A DNA stretch of 64,000 nucleotides, taken from Chrysomallon squamiferum (lineage: Eukaryota; Animalia; Mollusca). The number at the start of each line of letters is the position of its first letter. The stretch's first letter is position 1. The DNA lies in the NCBI GenBank assembly GCA_012295275.1, contig CM022671.1, positions 19,716,001 through 19,780,000 of the forward strand. Reading direction: 5' to 3'. The position numbers were made by a program, and so were the translations under genes. The notes beneath the pieces were generated by a model, which searched no databases, was not told the DNA's origin, and saw only the letters and a list, made by a program, of their open reading frames with translations. Shown here piece after piece: positions 25,101 through 38,299 of the stretch.

Positions 25101-27553
25101 AAAGGTTGTGGGGGGGGGGAAGAATAGAAAAAAAAAGATGGGTAGAGGAGAAAAAGTGTGGTTTTAAAAATTGAAATTTTGAGCCCAACTATCCTGAAAT
25201 GTGTTTTAAAGTAGTATGCTTAATATGAGAAAACGATGATCCTAAAATACCAGTTTTTATCATGGGCGTAGAAATTTACAATACAGTAATTGTAAATTAT
25301 GATTATTTCACATTCCAAAAGATCTTGTTGTCATTGCTTTTTAATCCAGATATACAAAGTAACTGATTTATGACACCTTTCATACACAAGTTTGACATTT
25401 TAATAAAATAATACATCAGGAGTTAGCAACAAGATGGCAGGAAAGGTAAAAAAAAAATATATATATATTTATATTATGATGATAATAATAATAATAATAA
25501 TAATATTAAATCAAACAAAAAATAAACATATAGTTAACATACCAAAACACCTGTAATTGGTCAGAGAATTTAAATGGTACCATCTTCTTGATGATGTTAC
25601 TGTCACACATTATAATGTCAATATCAATTATAAAACATGATTCAGTCTGATTATCTAGCACTGACATTGTAACAATAAACCACAACACCAATATAAATAC
25701 AACAGTTCACTAAAAAAAAGCATCAAGTAGAAACTATTCCAGGAAGAAATCCAATGGATTTATGTTATTTAGTTACCCATCAACAAAAAGCAATGATGAG
25801 TTATTAGGACCTCTGCCAGTCAAGAAGCATAAAAATAAATATTTTTGCTAATTCTCTCCAGATATATTTATTTCTTGAATGGACTTGTGCTTCAATTAAA
25901 ATCTGCATTTGGACAAAGCTTGCCAATTCCTTCTTTTAAAAAAAAATAATAAAAATAAAAATTTCTATTAATGTTCCACTCTGGTTAAAATTGCCTTACA
26001 TCTACTACAATGAATTAATTGTATAACAAATATTTAGTACAAAAACTATAGTTTTTTGAACATTCATTTATTCTTATCATCTTTTGAGCATTCTTTTTCT
26101 GACATGGATGTTTATCCCTGGAATAGTCTTTACCAGTTACCATGTATTTAACTAAAAATATATATATTAAAAAAAAAAATGATTTGTCTGTTACTGAGCA
26201 ATCCAATTTAGCATTAATATCAGAAATTCAAACTATTTTAGCATTCTAATTATAATTTGGAAATGTAATAAATTGTTAAAGATAAAATTAAGAATTTATT
26301 CTATCAAATTTATATATTCCATTAAATTATTTCATATTTTTCACATTGCACCTAAATTATTCATATCAAAGAAGACTAAGTGATCCAATTCCAGATTACA
26401 ATTTTAAAACATTAAATTTTTATTTAAGTATCAAAAGAATTTGTAAAATATCAGTTTAAAATCAGCAGAATAAAATTTGTCACCTTCATTATTTATAATT
26501 TAATAATAGGAAAACTATTCTTTCCACACGAAGAAATTGCACATAAATTTTCTTTTCTTAAATTTTTGACACAAGTATTACATATGTAACAGATGTCAAT
26601 ACTGTCATATAAACTGCTGTAATTTCTTTTAAATTAGTATGATATAAAATGTCACAGAAAATTTGTGAATACATTTGCTTGTCTTTTGTGCTGTAAGCTG
26701 TGCCAAGAAATCAAACATTTTTTTTTATATAAACAATTTTATTATTATAATTAGAATTTATATTTTCAATAAGCATCTACTTTGATCTTATTTTTTAACA
26801 TGAAAAAACAACTACTTAATCATTTTAACAATTTGTGAGAAATTAATAATAGATCATCATTCCCTTGTATTAAATGGTTCAATCTGACAGCTAGTTACTT
26901 TTAACTTTTAAGCTGTTACCTTTTAGTTTCTTATTTAGATTTAATACTGACAGCTGAATGACAAATATAAGGCATATTTATTTAAACTTTGATAGCAAAA
27001 TATATGTAGATAACTATAGTGAAAGAAAGGGACAAGCTTGTAAAATAAATAAACGAAGACAAAATTACATTAGTGTCCTTTACAATGTGGATTTTGCCAT
27101 GAAATCTTCAAAGACATATCCAACCAACTTACGAACAAGCCATCAACTGTTGTCTTTATCCATTTTTAAAAAACAATAATCCATCAAGAAAGTTATATTA
27201 AAACATACATTATGTCATTACTTCAGATTTCTTGTTTAAAATTGCAACAATCAAAAGAGTAAAATAAAATAAAAAGCTATTTTTCAGGTACAGTTAATAT
27301 CAAGAATGATTATTTTTCAATAAAGACAGATACACAAAACAAACTACAGTTTTCTAACTAGAGAGTACAGTTCTAATTACATCATTAAATTTGTAATCAA
27401 TATAATCAATTTCTTATTATGTTTACTGCTTGTTCAATAAGTGATTGTAGACTTTCAGCATGATGTTTGCAGAATGTGAAAAGCTTATGCCTCCCAAAAA
27501 ACAACCAAAGGAAAGATTTGTTCCGCTAGAAATGTCCTTCTCTAGTGATGTAT

Positions 27554-30500
27554 TTATTCACAATCTTGGTTAAGTTCTGTGTGTTTCACTTGACTGAAGT
27601 CAAAGGGCTCTCCAGTGATTCGCTGAAAGGTGCTGACAACATCATCACAAGTTGTCTCAAAATGAGTGGTTGCATCATAAGACTCTGTGATGAATACCTG
27701 TCAATAATAATAATAATAATAAATCAAAATGATAATAATTAACAGAAGATTTATATCATCATCTTTTTAAATATCAAATTTAAAAAAAAAAAAAACGTAT
27801 AATACATTTATTTTTTAAAAAGCCTATGTTAATGAAGTGTATGTGCCAGCTGAGAAAAATAAAAGCTGATTATTCAATTTTTGGCATTAGTATCTGTTAA
27901 TGGTAAACAACTCTTCATCGAAATATGTTTCAATAAAAGGTCATATCCGTAGAAACTTGCCTTGCTTTCAGCTCCATTGTCAGTAGGCTTGTACAGGTCA
28001 TCAATCCATATAAATCTAAAATATATGGACATCATCATTTTAGTATAATTTAATTTTCATTTCTTTTCTTTCTCTTTTTCTTTTGTTTATCAAGACTAAG
28101 ACAGTGAGACAATAGTTAATTAATATACAAAAATTAAAATAGGTAGTTCCCATATATATTTAATTAGCGATCCCATTCTAATCATCTGTATGAAAATAGC
28201 AAATTTAGTTATAAATGAAATAATGTCTAAAATATTTAAAATGTAGCTATTTGTTAGTTAACAATTTACTCACTTCTCTTCGATAGGTTGCAGTAGATCC
28301 AGGCCAACTTTCAGCTCTGCCTCTGGGTTATTAGTTTCAACATTTGTACTTACAATGGCCATGAAAAAGCCCTTGCTGGCAACCATATGGGCATATGATA
28401 CACAGCATATATAAATATCTGAAGTAACAAAAATTGAAAGGAAGATAATTTTATTATTAAGACCATCTGTTAACTGCATCAAATGGAATATTTTTTGTTT
28501 TCCTCATATGCTTTAGTATTTATAATACATAAAAGTCTGAAAATATTCAGTGACTAAACTGACTGCTCAATGAGAACTCTGTAGAAAAGCTTTCTCTTTT
28601 TTATAATTCATTTTATATTAAAAAAAAAAAAAAAGAATTTTTAACAGAAATTGTAAGCAACAAAAATAAAGACAAAGAGATATTACAAATTCTTAATGTA
28701 AGAAAAATATACATTTTCTTATTTTAAAAATATTAAACTATATATATGCAAAAATATGATTTTATTGTGTTTATACTGTATTTTAAACAAAATTCATGGC
28801 TACATACCTGATTTTCTATTCACTTGATGTTGCGGAATGATAACTTGACAGGACAGGGAGTCAGATGTATTTGCAATAGGATGCTTCATAATGCAAATTG
28901 CACGCACCACCTAAAAATTAATATGTGGTGATAAAATACTCTTGTAAATGAAAACAGACATTCTGTTTAATGCCTTAATAATTAAAAATTATTTAAAACT
29001 GTAATTTATTAATCTGCAAAACAGATGTTTCGTTTTGATTGTGTGTCACACTTATATTTTTATTACACATTTAAATACAAATCACTCAAAATATTAATAG
29101 TTTTTACGTAAATCAATGAAATCTCGATAAAACTCATTTTTGAAAGATCAAATTTTCATGCTTAGTTGAACTATGTGATATTATCATAAACGAATTTGGA
29201 AAGTAAAAGCCTAATGTTTAAAAGTAGAACCTAATTAATTCAGTGATAGGAAAAATAAAAAATAAAAAACACTGTCAAATATTACAACAACTTAAAAAAA
29301 AGTTTGACCCTTGAAAAATTATTTAAAGACTGGAGATAAATTTATTTATTAAATTATTATTTTTTTTTTTTAAGGAACATACCTTGCCAGCTTTCTGTAC
29401 TTTATCCTCAGCATAACTTGGGTCACAGACAACCATATCACATCTTGCAGTCTCATCACCTGACTTTACTCCAACTACTTTACCATTTTCATAGACAATC
29501 TGTCCATCTTTATCAAGCATATATGTGCCTCCATAGATAGCACTCAGTCTGAAATAATATAATTAAGTCATCAATAATCGGTACTTAAACATAGACTTTG
29601 AAAATACTAAAAACAAAAACAAAAAAAGGGAGAAAAAGAAAAAAAAACCAACCCTAGTATATGTCAGATGGAAAAGCAATGCATTTCAAAAACTATTTTT
29701 ATAACCTGCTCACTACTCATCATTTTAATGATTTTGAATGTATATGCGTTTGGTTTAACAGATCTTTCCCCAATTTCTAGAAAGTATTTTTGAAAAATTA
29801 TAATTTATTATGAACAATGATTTTCCATAAAATGTATCTTAATGAAAATCATGGAATTATTTCATTAAGAATGTTTAGCAAAAGGCTTTTGGAATTGCAT
29901 TGCTTAAAATTAGCCATATGTGATAAACTGAGTTTTGAATCATATCAATTTCTATTAGATTTAAAAAATGAAATGAAAGTAATACCTAGCAAACCCTTGT
30001 GGCAATTCTCCAAGTCCATAAAGAGGATACAGATATGGTGATTTCCCATATCGAGCCAGTGAATCGCTGTACAGCCGACACCTAGCCACCAAGTCAGAAC
30101 AGGAACAGGAACCGTAACTGAAATAAAAACAATTTTAATAAATGTGAAAGCATGCCTTCCTACAATAGCCACCAACATGAAAACATAATAAATATTGATG
30201 CTTCAAAAAACAAATTTCCTATAGTATTTGAATTTTTTTTCATATGTATTGCAAATTTACAATTTGTAGGTTTTTGAATATGAACAAGAACAAAAACATT
30301 TTTTAAATTATGTTTGTTTTAAAATGATGTAGAAGAAAATGTAAGTAGGAAATGATTTAAAATTTAATACTAAAAAAAAAAAAAAAAAAAAAATGCATTA
30401 TGAACATTGATAGAGTATATGTTAGGAACAAAGCCCCAGACTTACTTGTCATCACGGTACAGTGCAATAGCATGTCCTGTAAAATCCTGAGTATTTGAGT

Positions 30501-31673
30501 CAAGTCCAAACTTTTTGAAAACCTCAGTGACAGCTACATTTGGCTGGAGGCCTTCCCAGGTAGCTGGATCTTTCTCATCAAAACTCTGCACAAACTGCAG
30601 AAACTTCCTGAATCTTCTTTTCTCAAACATTCCCATAAGTGCTAAAACAAAATCAAATATAAAAATCAAATTTATTAAATTTACAACAAATCCTGGAAAT
30701 TTAATATTAAAAAACAAAAATTAAATAAATAAATAAAATAATAAATTTAAATATAAAAAAAAAAAATAAATAAAAAAATATATAAAAATGATTTTAAAAA
30801 AGCTTACAAGTTGTCAGAGCTTCCTTTTCAGTAGCTGGGACTTTGTAAATTTTTCCATCCTTATAGACGTAACTGCCTTCACATGATTTGAACTCCAAAT
30901 AACGGGTAACACCAGTGTGGATCAGCAATTTTACCAGCTGTCCTGAAATATAAGTTCAAACTCATTTGTATATTTTTTCAAAAACTCCAATATACATTTA
31001 TGTAAGAAAAAGTTTATTTAAGCAAATGACTTGTACTATTTTATGTTACAAAACCGTGGGCACTGATAACATTATTTCTTATTCTTTAAATAATTCTGAA
31101 AATTTGTTTTTTGTTATAAGAAAAAAAAAAATGAAACATTAAATAAATAAAATACAGATTTCTTTATCTTTCTTTCAGTCTAAAGAAGATATTCATACAA
31201 GTCATATCAATACTCCATTAAAAAAAAAAAAAGAAAAATATAAAATAATTAAAATACAGATTTCTTTATCATTCTTGCAGTCTAAAGAAGACATTCATAT
31301 AAGTCACATCAATACTCCAAATATATTAAAACAATTTTAAATACAGTCAGTGCTCCACAACATGCATGTTAAAACACATATATTAATATATTTTGATACT
31401 GATTGCCTTAAGTCTTTTTAGTGAAAAGCTGGTTTTTGAGGTAATAGATGTTATAACATATAAAAATCTGCTTTTTAAACTTTAATATTATTTATTTATT
31501 TATTTATTCTATTCCTGGTTACAAGTAATGGGTTCTTAAGTATCAATGCTAATCTGCAGACATCTTACCATTGGCCATCAAAAACTTAGGAATGAGATCA
31601 ACATTCCAGTCACGTCCTTTACCATACTGCTCAGGGTTAGTTAATTTTTTACCAAAGTGTTCAAAAGCCTGAA

Positions 31674-31704
<31 letters not shown>

Positions 31705-32186
31705 AAAAAAAAAAATAAAAAAAATCACACACACAAAAAAAAAGTATTATTATGAAACAGCTATGTGGTAAATCACAAGATTAAGTGCAAATATACGCAA
31801 AGTAGTAGTTTTAGTTTTTAGCTGTATTTTTTAAAAAGAAAAGTACTTACTTGTTCTAATGGGGTCAATGATGCACTTTTTCCTCCATAATATTTGTTCC
31901 TATCCATATGCAACACCTTCTTCCCACTCACAGACAACATGCCACTGAGAATACATTCCTAAAATAAAAATTTGTAATCATGTACAAATCATTTATCCTA
32001 ATAGATTTATAATAGCCTTTAGGAAAGAAAAATAAAACAAAAATTGAAAAAAAAGAAAGAAAGAAAATAAAAAGTAAAACATTTGATCAAATTGATGGTA
32101 ACGAATTAAATGAGGCAATAAAATGAAAAATGTATAAAAAATTTATGCAGCTAATTATCATCCCTTCCATTACACATATACCCTTC

Positions 32187-32220
<34 letters not shown>

Positions 32221-34956
32221 ATTTATATTCTAAATAAAGAAAAAACTAACAAACTGTTAATATTTATGAATCTTCTTTAATTTGAATAAAACATGACAAA
32301 AGTAAAATGTTTTCTCAATCAAATAAAACAAAGTCAATGCAAAAATCAGCCTACTGTTTAACTGAGATATATTAAATTTTTTTAAAATATACAAGTTAAA
32401 ACTAAAACATCTTTTCAAGACATTCCCCCAGATTTTTTTTCCTCTGAAATTTATAAATCAAGTAAAGCTGTAAATCTGTGGTCTTCATGAATGAATAGCA
32501 CCAGCAGAAACACCAAAAATTAAGACCATCTCTTTTGGTTCAAAAGATAGTTGTAAAACATGTAATAGTTAATAGGTCTATTTTCTACCACATTTTGGCA
32601 AATTAAAAGAAAGTTTGCATTTTGGTCCAACTTGGTTTAAAAAATAACTGATATAAAAGACTTACAATTAAGAAAAGTGGTGTGGCCAACTTGTTAAATG
32701 AACTTGTAAGTTTATCTGAATGTTCACAATAATATGCTTTACAGTATATGCCATATTTGTTCAAAATAGAAGGCAGAAGAATGCCCCTAAAATGAATAAA
32801 AGTGCAGACAGACATTGTGGCTATATTTTTGGTCTGATTTTAAAAACCCAAACAATATTGTGAAAGTTTGTTAAGATCTTTCAAATGATTAACTTGAGCA
32901 AAATATTTTTATTTAAAAACATTTCCTCCCAAGGCCATAAAAAAAAGAAAGTTATCTATTCAGTTTCAAAAAAAAACATGTGAACCAGTCCATCAAAAGT
33001 GAGATATTCACATAATCAGATATATTATATATTATAAGCTTTTTTTTTAATGATTTTTTTGTTTATATATTATTTTTTATTATTATTTTTTTTTTTTTTT
33101 TAAATTAGATATTAACATATGTATTAACTTCAGTTCAGATGCATTTTATTGCATTTTAAGGTGGGTAACTGAAATCAACGGCCATTCAATTTTTTTTTTA
33201 GAAAAACCCAGATTAAAACCTTCATATAGCACAGAAAATTTTACTTACATAAGTAGCCTGATTTTTCACCATCAGTACTGCTGGTACTTAGATTCATAAT
33301 ACATTTTACTATTTGGATGTTTAGTTTGTTATGATTCTTAATTTGCTGTTTATCGCAAGAATTTTGAAAACAAAAAAAATGGCTTTGTCTTAGAGCAGAA
33401 GAGTAATCAGCAAAACCTAAAGTTAATTTGTTTATTTCTGAACATATTTTCACTATATACAGTAAAAAACTGGAATCTGAATAAAAACATGCAACCTACA
33501 AGTTATTAAAAATTTAAACAAAATATAATCATTTTAAACAGCACCAATCCTTTCAAGTTGCACATAAAATCTATGGCCACTTTGTCCAGTTGGAAGCAGT
33601 ATTTACAGCTATTTCACTACAAACATGCTATTCATATTATATGTACACTAAAGGCTGGAACACTAAAGAAAAGCAAGCACCCTACAAGTTATTAAAAGTA
33701 TAAACAACATATTAATATAATAATTTTAAACAGCACCTGTCCTTTCTAGATGAACATAAAATCTATAGTGATTTGACCCAGTAGGAAACAGATTTTATGG
33801 CGATTTCGCTATGTATGTGCTATTTTCAAATGCAGAGCTGTTCTATGTCAAAGATGTCAGACCATAGTGTCTAACATTTTTGAAAGGTAATTGAATGAGC
33901 TTTCTTTTGATTATGAATTTGTAGGGCATCTAGTGAGACACATTTTTTTAAATTTAGTTTGAAAAAAAACAAAAAGACATATTTGGACACAACGTTTGAT
34001 ATAAGCCATTGCCAGTGGCAATACACACATTGACGTGACATTGTTACAAAGATCAAACTTTGACCTTCCTGGCTGTGCTAAAAATAACACTGAAGCAACT
34101 TTTGCGAAGTTAAGCCAGGTGTTTATAAAGCAACACTGACAGGGCTTACTACTCTATCTTGTCAATCACCAACCACAGGCGGCAGAGTTCGTTTACCCTC
34201 ACAGACAGAGGACTGATTTAACACATGACAAAAACACGACCTCCATTTAAAATATATGACGATCTTTCTTTCCATATATTTGTTTTTTATGTTAGGTTTT
34301 AAAGAAGGGATTTAGAAGTGGAGGTAAATGGGCAAAACCGGCACTTTCATTAGTTTTAATAGCTTTCTTATAGTTTGTCCTATTAATGTATTATTTTAGT
34401 TAGTTAGGCGGCCTAGCTCATGACTGAATTAACATTTTCTTTCAGAAAAAAAATAAAAAAATAAATAAAAACTTCATCCATCCGTATTTTATACAAACTT
34501 ATATGTTTTGATTAGCTTAGTTTTTTAATATATTTTGACTATGAATCGCTTTATTTACAAGATATAAATCACATATGGGTTGAACAACTTCCGTCATTCC
34601 ATTAAAATGATTAATTTAGATTAAATCATTGATTCATTCCATATCGCCGATATCGGACATGTAGCATTGGAAAAACAGCCGCATCACGCCCCTTAGAAAA
34701 CTCCCAGATATCTTCAGTTTCTTCAAGAAACTGCATTCCTGTGCGTTATAACATCAGAAATATAATACACGTTTACAATAGCTTATCGACACAACAGATG
34801 GTATTGTAGATAGCATTTAAGTACAAAAATTCAATATCAAAGGGAGATAATAACAAAATGACAATGTTAAATACTGTTTTAATTCATAAATTTGTTGATA
34901 AATATGTTTACCTTTAGCCCAGTTCCAAGTACGATAACGTCGTACTTCTCATCCAT
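27554..34956 (-). CDS. GDI1: Rab GDP dissociation inhibitor (GDI1/GDI2 orthologue), 11 exons, 442 aa
   Basis: Exons: 34956-34912, 31958-31851, 31668-31569, 30942-30808, 30641-30446, 30117-29986, 29548-29383, 28910-28808, 28418-28274, 28015-27961, 27697-27554 (1329 nt, in frame). Hallmark peptides: [79 protein letters not shown]. Confidence 0.96.
27698..27960 (-). other. GC-AG intron (last intron of Rab GDI)
   Basis: Minus-strand donor AAG|GCAAGT. This donor keeps frame with the final exon (ESK|VFITESYDA); the GT 4 nt further on does not. Confidence 0.85.
31150..31319. repeat. Two ~70 bp direct repeats, ~100 bp period, in GDI intron 3
   Basis: aaatacagatttctttatc...cagtctaaagaaga...tcaatactcca occurs twice. 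Confidence 0.85.
33494..33825. repeat. Degenerate tandem duplication, ~186 bp period, in GDI intron 1
   Basis: cctacaagttattaaaa...ttttaaacagcacc...acataaaatctat...ccagt occurs twice. Confidence 0.75.
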
Positions 34957-35351
34957 TGTGGCCCCTGTGTGCCAATACTTTTACGCGACAGTATTTATTA
35001 TTCCAGGGCACCGGCTGTTGTCCCCAAAATGGCTACTCCTCCTCCTTTTCTGGAAAATAATATTTTCTAAACAGTTTTCTTACTCTATTTTGCAACCAAA
35101 GTATTCAACATTTCTTTTTTGCGCTTTTCTTTCTTTCTTTCTTTTAATTTTCTTTTCTTTTCTGTTTCTTCTTCTTTTTTATCTATTTTTTTTTAAAATC
35201 ACCTCTTATTTATAGTTTTTAAAAATATATTTTTCAAAAACCCATCAATATTTCTGTTGTTTCTTTTACTTATGTTTAAATAGCCCTAAAGATCTTTTAT
35301 AATTTGTACTTAAATAAATAAATAAGAGAAAAATGTTAAAATAAATAAATA

Positions 35352-35390
<39 letters not shown>

Positions 35391-35430
35391 TTTGTAAACA
35401 TTTTGTTTTGTTGTAATTATACACAATCAA

Positions 35431-35482
<52 letters not shown>

Positions 35483-36285
35483 TGTATAGCAAAAATTATA
35501 AAGATGATTTGTATCTCTAATTATTATTCTAAGATTAATCATTAATGAGCTACATCTCAATACTGTAAGTCTACAGTGTTATATATTATTTCAAAAGATA
35601 AAAAAAAAAATCGTATACTGTAAGTTATAAAATCATTTGAATTATTATAATTGATACTTTGTCATGAGTAAGTGAATGTGTTTAGGTTGTCTGTTTAAAG
35701 TGTATGTAATAATTCACTAGATCTAGAAGAATTAAAAACAAAAACATTCGAAGTCTAAATATTTATGCTAAAGATAATTATTTATTGCACTTTAGAATAT
35801 AGCTTTTAGCTTTATCATACTGCAGAAAATGAATATAAGATGACAGTTTCTAAATATAATTATATTCTTATATTTTTTAAAATGACATATTTTCTTTTGA
35901 ATAAAAAAATATTTTATTGCAATAGTACACACATATAATAACAACAAATTTGTTCAGTGATAAATACTAATAATAATTCAATAATTAAAATGTATCTTCT
36001 TAATTCTCTAATTTTCGTGTCTTTTAGTAACAGAAAAATACAAAAGGATGAAAGAAATATTTCACTCATAAAAATAATTTTGTTAACGTTTTGTTTATTT
36101 GTATATCAAAAACAATAAAAATTCATGTATAATAATAATTTTTAGTTTTGTAATGAACTAGCCTATATTTAGTGCGGTACTATTAAAATGGCAGCTTCCT
36201 GAAACAAAGCTGTAATTGTAAACAAACAGACAGTTTAAGTGTGTAATCAGGAAATGTAATGTATCTTAATACATAGCAGCAAACA
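34957..36285. promoter_or_regulatory. Divergent (head-to-head) promoter region, GDI / RNF123
   Basis: The start codons are 1.33 kb apart and point away from each other. YY1-like AAAATGGC motifs at ~35026 and ~36185, near each 5' end. (AAT)n tracts lie in between. Confidence 0.55.
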
Positions 36286-38257
36286 ATGTCGGAAGGAAAG
36301 AAAAGTCGAGGTTTAAGTCAAGTGGTCCAGCGAAGGGATGAAAGTGAAAGGGGGATGTTTTGTAATCAAGGTTGATTTTATTTCTTTTTCTTTTTATATT
36401 TTCAGTTTTGTTACGCGTCGCGCTTCAAGTTCAAGTTACCAGTATTTTTCCATTCCGCTGTCTACCGATATAAAACAACAAATTATTAACAAGCAATTGT
36501 TCTTTCAGTCATATGTTGTTTTTTTGTTGTTGTTTTTTCAATAATTAATTGTTCATTAGTATAAATCATTAAATGATTTCACTGTTTCAGTATAATTGTT
36601 TAACTTTCAGTAAGTTTCACGATTCAGTATATAAATAATTAAAATATGATACTTATGAATTATTATGTTTGTAGATCCATACACCACAAGTTTGTTACAG
36701 CATGTTTTCTCAGAAAGAGAAATGGTTGCAGAAGCCAGTGCTTCAGGAGCTGAGTATGACATTTTAATATATTATCATATAATACATGGAACCATAATTT
36801 TCTTAGCAACTTAAACTTTTGTTTTTGGTATATTCATAACTGATTTATATCTACATTTTGGGGTTGGAACAGTATTCTTTTTAAAAAAAATAATATTTAT
36901 AATTTATGTATATATACAATTATTTTATTTTATTTTGGTAGATTGATTAAGAGATTTCTATTATTCATATTAGCTGAACAGAACTGAATATATTACAAAC
37001 TGCAGAAATGTTTCATTTCACAGAAAACATAAATTAAAATGACTAGAATTGATTCATTTATATTTCATGAGATTGAATTGAAAAACTATTTTTATGTTTG
37101 TAATAATACAAATTACTTCATATAATTTCATACATTTTTTTTTTTTTTTTCCAGTAAAGCTCTTGGATTACATAACCTGCAAAGCCACATTGAAAAGTCA
37201 CTGGAAGCTGTTACTACTCAACAACAAACTAGTGCAGGTAAATATTTTTGTGTTTTGTTTTAATTTTAGCAGTATGGAGATAGAATTTTTTTTTTAATAT
37301 AATATAAAGTAATTTCAGAGGATGATATACTTGCAGCCATTGCATTACCATTTTCCTGAATGAATCAGACATTACACATATTTTCTACAATTTTCATGAA
37401 GTATATTTTTTGGGGGATAATTCTTATTTCCTGTAAAATACACACACACACACACACATTTAACAACCATTCTTATATTAACAATGCATGATTGTAAATT
37501 AAGAGAAAACAGTGATTGTGACTTTTTCATTTTTATCATTTAATTTTTTACAGAGAAATGGGAAAACAATAGATATAATGGAACATTGTTGTATTATCAG
37601 TAAAATAGATATATGTGTCTATTTACTGAATTATATAGCAATACATTTTAAAAATAAGCCTTCTTGTTTCATCACAAAACTATTAATTGTCATTCTTTAT
37701 TCATAACAAATATTTGGCTGAGATAATAAAGCTGAAAAAAAAAGGAAGTGTACAGCTTTACTTCTGAAGGTTTTTTTGCAAACACTAAAAATAACTTTAA
37801 ATAAAAATATATTATTTCAGTATATATATGTTTCATACAGACTGCAATAGATTTCACATTTTAATGAGTTACGTAAATTGTAATGTTTTGAAATTTTGTT
37901 TGCGAATAACATTTCTTCTGTGTGTTTATTGTATTGGGGACTTTTGTTATTTCAGATAATCAGTCTGCCACCAGCACTGGACGCATAGGACCAAGTGAAG
38001 TTGTCTTTGATATTCTGTCAAATGTTGGCACACTCATTGTTGAGCCAGACAGACTTGGGGTAAGATGATAAAATTACTATTCTGAAGTATCCATTATATA
38101 AAATTCTTACAAAAATGTACTATTTACCTGAATGTCATGTAATATTGTTATGTTTTGTCCATTGTTTGATTTTCATTTATCATTGTTGTTTTAAAGTATT
38201 GATTTTTTATACAATACTCTGATATGGTTATTCAAGTACTTATTGATTTGTAACATG

Positions 38258-38299
<42 letters not shown>

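Noticed and set aside
23900-27553. Long AT-rich stretches after the GDI stop, and after the RNF123 stop (54101-58100), examined for ncRNAs or hidden exons
   Set aside because: No tRNA, snoRNA or exon signature could be supported by eye. These are probably long 3'UTRs and intergenic DNA.
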